A stretch of DNA of 64,000 nt. Source: Candidatus Aenigmatarchaeota archaeon. Lineage in GTDB: Archaea; Aenigmatarchaeota; Aenigmatarchaeia; QMZP01. Positions within the stretch are counted from its first letter, which is position 1. Every line of letters begins with the position of its first letter. The notes beneath the pieces were generated by a model. It saw only the letters and a list, made by a program, of their open reading frames with translations, did no database searches and had not been told where the DNA came from. A program made the position numbers and the translations under genes. The stretch is from contig JBDRSV010000010.1 in NCBI GenBank assembly GCA_043824495.1, positions 41,995-105,994 of the forward strand, written 5' to 3'. This document shows, in pieces, positions 47,601 through 56,584 of the stretch.

Positions 47601-50600
47601 GTGATGATGCAATTCTTCTTTCTAGTGGACTTGGAACATGTAGTAATGATGGGTGTAGGGATATTCCTTTTGTTAGCATGGATTGTGGAACTGGGGATGC
47701 TTGTGTGAAGGGAACAGATACAGCAACTTCTGTTCCTACTACTGGATCTTGTTATGGTAATCCTCAAATAGGTGATTCTTGTGATTCAATTGTTGGAGGA
47801 GATTTTTCCCAAGATGGAATTGTCGCATACGGCTTATCTAATAATCTTTGTTCTTGCGAAACTGAATCAATAAGTAATTGTGTTTATTCTACTGGTTCGT
47901 CTGTAATACCAGTTGCATCTTGTAATTATGTTGGGGCACCTGAAGGTAGTGTTTGTAATGAACCCCCTTATGTTGGAGATTTTTATTTTGCCTCTACAAA
48001 AAAATTAGATTCTGATGGAACGAAACATTGTGTTGATTGTGGGACTGGAGTAATAGATGATGATGGGTCTGGAACTTGTGAAAGAGCTTGTGATCTTACT
48101 ATAAGTAACACCTATTGTGATGAGAAAAATCCTGGTTATAAGTATTGTTCTATTAATAATATTATAGAATCAGAATGTGGTGAGGCTAATTTTTGTACTT
48201 ATTTAACTTCTGGGGGAAGTATTGGTCAGTGTTCATCTGTGCCGCCTCCAAATAGTGATGGTGATTGTAATGCTAATTCAAATTGTGATGGTAAAGAGCC
48301 TGGGGGTTGGTGGTGTAGTCTAGATAGTAAAGTGACTGTAGCGTGTACCTCTGCTTGTCAGGTGGTGGATGCTGATGATATTGGAGAGTGTGAGTCTAAT
48401 AATTCTTATAATACTTTTTGTAATGCTGCTCCTGAGTGTGATGAGTTAATTTCTGGAGGTTATTGGTGTGATGCAAATAATTTAATAAGTTCTGGATGTG
48501 GATCTAGTTGTGGGTATACAACTACTGGTACTCCTGGTTCTGGTCTTTGTGAATCTACAAATTCCTATAATACTTGTGCTGCCGATCCCTTATGTGATGG
48601 GAATGTTCCTGGAGAAATAAATAATTGTGGAAACGATCCATTTTTAGATAAATGTTCAAGCACTTGTTTAGCAGAAGATAGGGGGGATAACATTTGTACT
48701 TCCAATGCCGGGTGGAGTTGTACTGCAGATGCTGGTTGTAATTTAGAATCTCCAGATGCTTGTCCTGATATTGATACTTATTGTACAGACATTTGTGGAT
48801 ATGAAGACAGAGATGATTCTCTAACGGCTTGTACTGCTACAGGGGTAGGGTGTGTTGCTGGTTATTCTTGGGAAGTTGGAACTCCTACTAGTCAGTGTTG
48901 TGGAGATGATGGAATCTCTGATGATTGGGATGCTGATAATTTTACAGGAATTACCAATGCTTGCTATAATGGGAATTTGATTTTTCCAGGCACTCCTGTT
49001 GGGACTTTGTTAGTTGATGATTATGGAAAACTTTATGATTGTGGTGATCAGGTTCCTTTCCTTGAGGATCAAGGGGTTGCAGAAAGTATTGTAATTGATT
49101 GTGAAGGGTATGATAGTGGGGGTAGTACTTTTTATTGTGATACTGATACTTTTGAATGGATTGTGGGCAAATTACCAAGAACTTGTATTTGTACTAATGG
49201 GAATCAGTGTAAATCTACTTATTGTGTTGATAATAATAATAATGGTGTGAATGCAACTTGTCAAAATAGTTGTAATGGTGGTTTTGATGGTTATATGTGT
49301 TCTAATGATACAAATGATTTTAATACGGTTGGGGGTGGGGTTTGTGCTGTGAATGGTGGTTGGATTTGTGATAAGGGGGAGGTTGCTTTGGGCACAACTG
49401 ATTATAAACAAGATTGTTTTTATGCTTTGGGTGGAGATCCAACTTTAACAACACAGTGTGATAGGAATGTTTCAGATACGGGGGAGACTTTGGGTTATGT
49501 TGCTGAGAGTATATGCACTTATTCTACTGGAACACCAGCAGCAAATAATATGGATTGCGATTTAGATAATGAGGTTTGTAGAGATTCTTCAAATAGATAC
49601 AGAGCTGATTGTAGTAATTGTGGTAGTACCCTAGAGAATGATTGTGATACTGATGGAGGAACAAGTTATAGTGCTAATGGTGTTTGTGTTTTGGATTCAA
49701 ATAATTGTGATTCTTATGAGGTTTGTTTTGATGATTCGTATTATAGAGATGATTGTAATAAGTGTTCTGTTTTAGCAAGTGATGTTGATTCTTGTGATTA
49801 TGGCTCTATTAGTGGAGGAAATTATGTTGCTGATGGGTATTGTGTTGCAGGAGGAGGGTGTGCTACGGGAATTGTTCGCGCCTATGGAAATCCTCTAACT
49901 CTTGGTTGGGGTTGTACTGATGGTGGTGGTGAGCAGTGCGATTCGGATGCTAATGGTAATGAAAATAGTAATGATTGGGTCACTAATTCTGCTGAAGGAC
50001 TTTGTGTTTATACAGGTCTTGGAGTAGAATTTGGGGATTGTGAGATTGGGGATGTTTGTTTTGATGGGGCGGTTTATCGTGGGGATCTTGTTAATAATTG
50101 TGAAGATGGTTGGGGCTGTGAGTTTAGGAATTTAGAGAGTACTATTTATTCCAGGGAAGGATATGTTTGTAATTCTGAAAGCTTAGGTTGTGTTGTTGAC
50201 GGGTCAAGGACAGAAGCTCAGAGATGTTGCCAGAATGACAATTGTGCTGGTGGTGTTCCTAGCTGTGTTGATAGTGGAATTGTTGATGAAATTTATTACA
50301 AAGGATGCTGCGCCTTGACAACAGATTGTTCAGGACCAACTCAATGCTATTCTGATACAGAGATTTACTATGGTACTTTGAATAATTATTACTGTTATGT
50401 AGGGGCTTGGATAAATAAAACACAATATAATACCTGCACTCCATCGGGAAGTTTTGTTGATTTAGTTATTGACCAACCAGGGATAATATGTAGCGGAGTA
50501 ATAATAGACATTGCTTCTTTAACTGTAAAAAATGAAGGGGAATTAACTTTATTAGACGAATCAGAATTAATCGTAGGAAATGTGACAATCGAGGAAGGTG

Positions 50601-53600
50601 GGAGTTTTTATGTCAAGGACTCGCAGAACACACTCTGGATAAATAGTAATATCACTTTATTCGGGAAAGTTGTCTGGCAAAACACAACAGTCAGGTTCAA
50701 TGGAACTGGAACAGACGGAAGTGTTGGGTTAAAAGTGATTTCTCCGGGAAACCTTACAATAAACCAAAGCTCTAACATCACGAACGGCGTTGATCCAAAC
50801 TATAATTATTTCTTCATTGTGGAGAGTGGAACCAATTTCTCAATGAAAGATTCTCATTTAAGTTATGCTGGGTGGGGTGATTCACAGGGAATAAGAGGAC
50901 TTGAGTTACATGTCAATCCAGATAATTTTTCTGGAAATAATTTAACTAATAATTTTTATGGAGTTTCTCTTTATGCAAATAGTAGTTTGGTGCAAGGAAA
51001 TAACATAAGTAATAATTTTAGGGGAATTTATTTGGGGACTTCGCATAATATTATTTCGGATAACATATTAAATTATAATGGGGATGTTGCGATTCTTTCA
51101 TTTGTAATGCATATTGAAAATAACACTATTTCAAATAACATTGTTGATTATAATGGTTTTGGATTGGTTATTTTTGAGGATTTTGATTATGTTATTTTTA
51201 ATAATAGTTTTAGTAATAATGTGAATGGAATATATGTTTTTGGGGGATTGGGGGGAGATTTTGTAAGAGACCATATTGTTTCCTATAATGTAATTAATAA
51301 TAATTCAGAATTTGGAATTGGTGCTACTAGTAGTAATGCTGGTTTTCTGAATTCTGTGTTTTATAGAAATGTTTTGAAGAATAATTACATTGGAATTGAT
51401 TCTGGAAATAGTATGAACAACAATCTTATATGGGATTCAGTTATTGAAAATAGTTCATATTTAGATTTTCGAATGATAGGTGTTTCAAAAGATAATACAT
51501 TTCTTAATACAACTTTTAATAATAGTCATGTTTCTGTTATAGATACGGCTTATATTATAGTCCAATGGTATTTAGATGCGAATGTGATGGACGAGGATTT
51601 GCTTTCTTTGTCTGGGGCTAATGTCTCTGGCCAGAATACAACAAATTCTTTGATATTCTACAATTTAACAAACTCCTCAGGAAGCGTGTATAGGTTCAAT
51701 GTGACAGATTTCATAAAAAGAAGCGGAAGTGCTGATAACTGGAACAACTACACAATAAACGTAAGCTTGTATGGTTACATTCCACATTCAGAAGAAATTA
51801 ACATATCTAAAAGCACAGTAATGGACATATTATTATACAGAAAACCACCAGAGGCTGTGTTCGTTCCTCCAACACCAGAAAACGGAACCAGGACAATAGG
51901 AAACATTGTTAACATAAACGCTACATTAGATGCCTTTGGGCATCAGCTAGATTCTTCTGTACTTGAATGGGACAATGGAACAGGCCCTCAGAATTATACA
52001 ATGAGTATTGATTCTGAAGTCTCTTCTATATCCATGCAAGTGAATGATGGAGTTGAGTATACATATAAAATCTATGCGAATAACACAAACGGAAATACGG
52101 GAAACAATAGTTTGAGGACGAATATGGAAAATACTCAACCAACACAAACAGATCCAATTATTATTCCTGCAAAACCTTTAACATTTGATAATTTCACATG
52201 TTATAATCAAAGTACTTCAGATGCAGAATCAGATAACGTGACAAATGTTTATAACTGGAAAGTTGATGAAGAGCCTATAGCTGTTCTGAATATGCCATTC
52301 GAAAATAGGAGAGATTCTAATTACACATACAGTGATATTGTTACGGATTATTCTGGTTTCGGAAATGACGGAATCATTGGTGGAGGATATTATGGTAACA
52401 TGTCAAATTGGACACAGTTTGGAATAATTGGGGGAGCATACAATTTCACTCATGGTAACATTACTATACCTCAGAATTCTTCTTTGGTTTTCTATGACGG
52501 ATTTAGCATTGAAGCTTGGATATATCCAGACACAGTTTCGGGAATAAAATATATTTTTACTAATTATCCTGGAGGAAGTTTGTTTGATGGTTTAGTCGTT
52601 CTTAATAGAAACGGTGATAACATTAAATTTGGTTTAGACACTTCTTCGTGTACTTACTATAATTTTGATGGTAATTTTGTTTTAACACCTGGAAACTGGT
52701 ATCATGTAGTTGCAGTGGTTTACAACGCAGATAATATGAGTCTTTTTGTGAATGGGAATTTTGATAATAGCATATCATTTAATAGTAATAACTGTGCTCC
52801 TTACATGGATCAGACAAGTAAAAATTACTCTATTGGAAACACGATCGGAATAGGACCAAATAATTTTGATGGTCTTATTGATAATTTTGTGATTTATAAT
52901 AGAAGTTTAAGTCCAGAACAAATAGCCTTTAATTACCATCAAGGTATAAGTGAATTCTCAAATTCCACAATTACTTCTAGTGAAATACTTCCAGGACAGA
53001 ATTGGACATGTGAAGTCACACCTGTGGACTCTTATGAAAGTGGTGTTATGCTGAACAATATCACAACAATAAACACCCCTCCATTTATACAGGGTGTTAA
53101 TCTGATACCAGATGGTGCATTCACAAATGATACAATTACATGCAACTTTAGTGCGAATGACGATCAAGAAGTAGATGATATTTATGTAAATGTTACCTGG
53201 TGGAGAGATGTTGGGAATGGCTTCGAAGAGTGGCACCATGACGATGAAAATAACTTACTTGTTTATAATAGTGAATCGACGAGAGGCGATATGAATATGG
53301 ACGATGAAGTGAATCAGACGGACGTTGAAAATCTGACTGCATATCTTTTCGGTGGTGGAGGAGAACCTCAACCTCCAGGCGTTGCAGACCTCGATGGTAG
53401 TGGACAAATTGATGCCTTAGACCTGGGAGCTCTAGTCGACATTATCTACAAAGTGTATACAACAACATCTATTGGTGATATAGAAGATGAGAAGACGTTC
53501 CATGATCAAATATGGAAATGCTCTGTAACTGCTTATGACGGTGGTGAATGGTCTGGATGGACGAACTCCAGTCCAGTCACAATAATAAACTATACGTCAG

Positions 53601-56584
53601 CTCTGCAAATAGAACATGATTTTGCCCCTTTAATAAATAAAATGGTTTACTTCAGAGCCAACTACTCGAGCTATCAGATAGGAAATATAGGAAGAATTTT
53701 ATGGAATTTAAGCCAATTAAGTAGCGGGCTTAAAGCAGTTTCCCTTATAGACTTGGATAGAGACAAAATCAAAAATGATATTGTTGCCTTTAGCAACATA
53801 TCGGGTCAGCAAAGTCATCTATATGGTTATTATTATAACGGCAGTCAGAAATTTGATGTGACATTATGGAGACAGGAGCCTATAGAAATTGAATCTGGTA
53901 ACATTTTGGGTAGTATTGAAGATCAGTCTGTGATAGCATTTATTGATGGATCAATAAGTGTGTATGATGGTATTGGTTCGCAGAGATGGACATCTGATGC
54001 GCCACTAGAATCAGAGTCTATACTATATTCTACTGTAACCATCGGAAACTTTGATGCACGTGGCTTTAAAAACGACATGGCAAAAGCATGGGGTAATACT
54101 TCAGGTCATTATGTCACAGTATATAATCTCACTGATGTTGGAATCCATGATACTCTATGGTCAGTACAAATAGTGGGAGATCAAGTGGGATCAGAGACCG
54201 TAGGAAACCTTCAGAACATTGAAATCATGACAGTTGACGTTGATAACGACGGTGATGATGATGTTGTTGTTATAGATAGAAGAGGAGGAGATGTAACGGC
54301 TCTTCTAGGAAACAATGGTTCTGTAATATTCAATGCATCATATTCTGCTTGGAAGAAATCCATGTCTGTAGGAGATATTGACATGGATGGTTATGAAGAT
54401 GATATAATTGTTTCAGGTGGAGGAGAGAGTAGAGTATTCAGGTTTAATGGTTTGTATGATCAGAAATATGGTAGTACCGATAGCATAAGCACAACTACTG
54501 CTCATGCTGGAAACACTTGGGAAACTAGATCATTTAATTATGATAAAGATGGTGTAAAAGGAGAATATGTAGTAACTGATTCTGGAGGCAGCGGAGCTGC
54601 GTATATAAGAGCTTTTGATAATGATAGTAATTCCATATGGACCTATACAATGACATACCCAGACGGCGGTTCTATTATACCATCAATAAGTGTTGGGGAC
54701 ACAAACGATGAGATAGGAGATGATGTTTTCTTCTTTGATGATAGAAATGATAATATTACATTGATTGATAATGAAGGTAATGAGATTTTCGTAATACAAG
54801 AATCGCATGATATTAACGATGTGTATCCAAGCATAGGATCAGAGATGAGTACAGCTCTTGGTGATCTAAATGATGATGGTATAGGTGATCCTATAGTTGT
54901 GTTTGAGGAAGGCGCACTCTACGTATTCCAAACAGGAAACTGTGAGATCAGATTCGATGACGGTAATCAGTCAAACATGACCTGGAACACATATATCAAA
55001 ATGTGGGAGCATGGAAGAACATTCTTAGCAGAAGCTGATTACGATTATAATGTGACATGTAAGAAAGGTGGATACAACGATACCTTTATTCAGGATACTG
55101 TTTCAGTAACAGATTATGAAATTGGATTGACAAAGATATTTAATCCTGGATCAGTGCTTGCTAGAGAGAATGAATTGATTAATGTGACTATATTAGCTGA
55201 AGTTCTTAAGACAGCATATAATGTGACATCAATAAATGTTTCTGATGAAATACCATCAGGATTCACGCCACCCGCTGTGCAAGATGTAAAGGTTGAGTTC
55301 TATGATTATGATGAAGCAGGATTGGTCACAGACATAACAAATGATGTGATTATTACTGTGCAAAACGGAAGAGTAAATGTGACTATATATAACTTAAACA
55401 CAACTGCAGCAAATACACACGGAAGGAAAGGAGATATTGTAAATATAACATATGATACTCTAAGTTCTCTGATGGAACCACAGACGAATATATCGACAGA
55501 GACAAACGCAACGGCATTTGATATCAGAGGGATTTACACAAGAGATGATATTATCACACAAATCAATGCATCCCTTGTTGTACTAAGAGGTTCTAAAAGT
55601 GTGTGGATACCTGATTACTCCAACCCACAAAACATATCAGTTAGAATAGAATTCAAAGCTATTGGTGGTCCAGTGGGAGAAATAGAAATGACTGATTATC
55701 TTCCAGCTGGCGCTGACCTATATAACACAAGAACATTCACATACTACAATAACACAAATAACATAGACATAGATATGGTAGAAGATGATGATTACAAGTT
55801 AGGTGGGATTACACAAACCGTATTACCTGATGGAACATATGTTGATATACATTTCTACAACTTATCAGCAGGAGCAGATAATGTGAGTTGTACAAACTGG
55901 GACTGTTTCATGTATGACAATGATTCAATAATAATAGAGTATAACACAACTGTTCTTGGTGGCGGTAGATGGGAACTTCCTGCAATACTTGGAGGATATG
56001 ACCCTTCATATAACCAACACATCAAGACAGAGATGTACGCATCTGCTAGTATTCCTTCATTCGACGTTGAGGTAGAAACTCTTACACAAATTGTGTCAGA
56101 TCAGGGTGATGTGGTAAAAGCTCTACTCAGAATGATAAATGTGGGTGGTCCAAATGCTAAAGTTGATGTGCATTCTACATATTCCATCAAAACAATGGAT
56201 GGGACTCTGATAAACGAGAGATCTGAAACATTTGCTGTTGTAGAAACAAAGGAGAAAGAATTAAGATTAGCTGTACCTTCTGGAATAGAACCTGGTTTGT
56301 ATGTGTTCGAGGTGTTTGTTACATATACAGGAAGAGAAGCTGTGTCCACAGACACATTCGAAGTTAAAGGTGGAGTAGCTCCAGTGACGCCTGGTGGAGT
56401 GAGTGGACTTGATGATGTATTTAGTTACATATTTGCACTATTGGGTGTTGTAATAGTTGTAATTGTTGTTCTTGTTGTGATAGTTCTAAAGAGAACTGGT
56501 AGAAAAGAGGTAATATATAGAGAGACTCCTTCAAGAGCACCTATTCGAGAGCCTCAAGATTCTGAACCTCGTTCTGAGTATTAG
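44663..56584 (+). CDS. Giant (3973 aa) membrane-anchored surface protein: Cys-rich CDGxDNNCDG repeats, S8 protease, DNRLRE-like domain, long Cys-rich tract, beta-helix, LamG, dockerin, FG-GAP-like propeller, Ig-like domains, C-terminal TM
   Basis: Motifs LDTGVD/HGHGT/GTSAS, IEAWIYP..WYHV, GDMNMD..ADLDGSG and DVDNDGDDD; TM IFALLGVVIVVIVVLVVIVL followed by KR. Confidence 0.85.
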   Translation: MHILVCTINIINTMKYAILVGIILTLVIYAISPITINSQACSDGQIKPCGSNIGACSSGFQTCSAGIWGTCDGGIGPGAEVCDGLDNNCDGKIDEKFDRDGDGYTSCSQPQDCDNVNPKINPEAKETCDGVDNNCNGLVDEECPCVAGETRACGSNIGACQSGVRICSDGQWGACEGNIKPQEEACNSIDDDCDAETDEDGVCIALECQDGETRSCGSNIGICKAGIRTCVSGSWSDCTEDIKPQEEICDNLDNDCDSIVDEGCKQPSQPTKPTTPTKPAADTEKVHQVVLDEISSKAESRVIVKFKETPKSLNIKQTDFKNIRTVDKYQSGVVNKNGLDSLLIDPDIAEILPDQEVNLLLTESIPLIHADLQNYNLGLTGSGQTVCILDTGVDYNIITNYKSGYDFINNDDDPMDDHGHGTQVAYIIQSVAPGSEIIAAKVIDSSGNGYESDVLQGLQYCIDQGADIISFSIGSGEYSGLCDANPVAELVNDAVSQEIFVVAATGNDGSINFKAPSCASKVLSVGSTNKQNIISSFSNVREDLGVFAPGVDIVTKTIGGDDISLSGTSASVPFVSGAAALVLENETLAPLDLRYRFASTGLPILYNEINISRLDVYNAVLNISTMIPYGGELNQSNIIEVNETNFTTLAVPVVSLILPADETYYGSALQDVPFQCYVTDTAEGGVPAGINQISLYTSFDGGAYSLKDTIILAPLLSDLPNYVNNSDGTFTTNYQPPNGTSEKDTFLYWAGTYDFSSSDSLYVAGGQAKWISQPLLEFDLSGFPQGMVVQNANLRMVKKSGTTSFGTQIRRISDSWINGNLTQPYPRDSGSDYASGTIPLSGGDVVIYDVTELVQEWIDGTYPNYGLKIVYTYYTGVSAYLYSAEESIANRRPKLEITYDVDPTYTADFQLDNVVTGSYKWYCSAKDIAGGNSNSVTPFDFYVGKCEKGTDCPSGLCVNDSLGVGRCGDSCDIYDGYGCSDDAILLSSGLGTCSNDGCRDIPFVSMDCGTGDACVKGTDTATSVPTTGSCYGNPQIGDSCDSIVGGDFSQDGIVAYGLSNNLCSCETESISNCVYSTGSSVIPVASCNYVGAPEGSVCNEPPYVGDFYFASTKKLDSDGTKHCVDCGTGVIDDDGSGTCERACDLTISNTYCDEKNPGYKYCSINNIIESECGEANFCTYLTSGGSIGQCSSVPPPNSDGDCNANSNCDGKEPGGWWCSLDSKVTVACTSACQVVDADDIGECESNNSYNTFCNAAPECDELISGGYWCDANNLISSGCGSSCGYTTTGTPGSGLCESTNSYNTCAADPLCDGNVPGEINNCGNDPFLDKCSSTCLAEDRGDNICTSNAGWSCTADAGCNLESPDACPDIDTYCTDICGYEDRDDSLTACTATGVGCVAGYSWEVGTPTSQCCGDDGISDDWDADNFTGITNACYNGNLIFPGTPVGTLLVDDYGKLYDCGDQVPFLEDQGVAESIVIDCEGYDSGGSTFYCDTDTFEWIVGKLPRTCICTNGNQCKSTYCVDNNNNGVNATCQNSCNGGFDGYMCSNDTNDFNTVGGGVCAVNGGWICDKGEVALGTTDYKQDCFYALGGDPTLTTQCDRNVSDTGETLGYVAESICTYSTGTPAANNMDCDLDNEVCRDSSNRYRADCSNCGSTLENDCDTDGGTSYSANGVCVLDSNNCDSYEVCFDDSYYRDDCNKCSVLASDVDSCDYGSISGGNYVADGYCVAGGGCATGIVRAYGNPLTLGWGCTDGGGEQCDSDANGNENSNDWVTNSAEGLCVYTGLGVEFGDCEIGDVCFDGAVYRGDLVNNCEDGWGCEFRNLESTIYSREGYVCNSESLGCVVDGSRTEAQRCCQNDNCAGGVPSCVDSGIVDEIYYKGCCALTTDCSGPTQCYSDTEIYYGTLNNYYCYVGAWINKTQYNTCTPSGSFVDLVIDQPGIICSGVIIDIASLTVKNEGELTLLDESELIVGNVTIEEGGSFYVKDSQNTLWINSNITLFGKVVWQNTTVRFNGTGTDGSVGLKVISPGNLTINQSSNITNGVDPNYNYFFIVESGTNFSMKDSHLSYAGWGDSQGIRGLELHVNPDNFSGNNLTNNFYGVSLYANSSLVQGNNISNNFRGIYLGTSHNIISDNILNYNGDVAILSFVMHIENNTISNNIVDYNGFGLVIFEDFDYVIFNNSFSNNVNGIYVFGGLGGDFVRDHIVSYNVINNNSEFGIGATSSNAGFLNSVFYRNVLKNNYIGIDSGNSMNNNLIWDSVIENSSYLDFRMIGVSKDNTFLNTTFNNSHVSVIDTAYIIVQWYLDANVMDEDLLSLSGANVSGQNTTNSLIFYNLTNSSGSVYRFNVTDFIKRSGSADNWNNYTINVSLYGYIPHSEEINISKSTVMDILLYRKPPEAVFVPPTPENGTRTIGNIVNINATLDAFGHQLDSSVLEWDNGTGPQNYTMSIDSEVSSISMQVNDGVEYTYKIYANNTNGNTGNNSLRTNMENTQPTQTDPIIIPAKPLTFDNFTCYNQSTSDAESDNVTNVYNWKVDEEPIAVLNMPFENRRDSNYTYSDIVTDYSGFGNDGIIGGGYYGNMSNWTQFGIIGGAYNFTHGNITIPQNSSLVFYDGFSIEAWIYPDTVSGIKYIFTNYPGGSLFDGLVVLNRNGDNIKFGLDTSSCTYYNFDGNFVLTPGNWYHVVAVVYNADNMSLFVNGNFDNSISFNSNNCAPYMDQTSKNYSIGNTIGIGPNNFDGLIDNFVIYNRSLSPEQIAFNYHQGISEFSNSTITSSEILPGQNWTCEVTPVDSYESGVMLNNITTINTPPFIQGVNLIPDGAFTNDTITCNFSANDDQEVDDIYVNVTWWRDVGNGFEEWHHDDENNLLVYNSESTRGDMNMDDEVNQTDVENLTAYLFGGGGEPQPPGVADLDGSGQIDALDLGALVDIIYKVYTTTSIGDIEDEKTFHDQIWKCSVTAYDGGEWSGWTNSSPVTIINYTSALQIEHDFAPLINKMVYFRANYSSYQIGNIGRILWNLSQLSSGLKAVSLIDLDRDKIKNDIVAFSNISGQQSHLYGYYYNGSQKFDVTLWRQEPIEIESGNILGSIEDQSVIAFIDGSISVYDGIGSQRWTSDAPLESESILYSTVTIGNFDARGFKNDMAKAWGNTSGHYVTVYNLTDVGIHDTLWSVQIVGDQVGSETVGNLQNIEIMTVDVDNDGDDDVVVIDRRGGDVTALLGNNGSVIFNASYSAWKKSMSVGDIDMDGYEDDIIVSGGGESRVFRFNGLYDQKYGSTDSISTTTAHAGNTWETRSFNYDKDGVKGEYVVTDSGGSGAAYIRAFDNDSNSIWTYTMTYPDGGSIIPSISVGDTNDEIGDDVFFFDDRNDNITLIDNEGNEIFVIQESHDINDVYPSIGSEMSTALGDLNDDGIGDPIVVFEEGALYVFQTGNCEIRFDDGNQSNMTWNTYIKMWEHGRTFLAEADYDYNVTCKKGGYNDTFIQDTVSVTDYEIGLTKIFNPGSVLARENELINVTILAEVLKTAYNVTSINVSDEIPSGFTPPAVQDVKVEFYDYDEAGLVTDITNDVIITVQNGRVNVTIYNLNTTAANTHGRKGDIVNITYDTLSSLMEPQTNISTETNATAFDIRGIYTRDDIITQINASLVVLRGSKSVWIPDYSNPQNISVRIEFKAIGGPVGEIEMTDYLPAGADLYNTRTFTYYNNTNNIDIDMVEDDDYKLGGITQTVLPDGTYVDIHFYNLSAGADNVSCTNWDCFMYDNDSIIIEYNTTVLGGGRWELPAILGGYDPSYNQHIKTEMYASASIPSFDVEVETLTQIVSDQGDVVKALLRMINVGGPNAKVDVHSTYSIKTMDGTLINERSETFAVVETKEKELRLAVPSGIEPGLYVFEVFVTYTGREAVSTDTFEVKGGVAPVTPGGVSGLDDVFSYIFALLGVVIVVIVVLVVIVLKRTGRKEVIYRETPSRAPIREPQDSEPRSEY

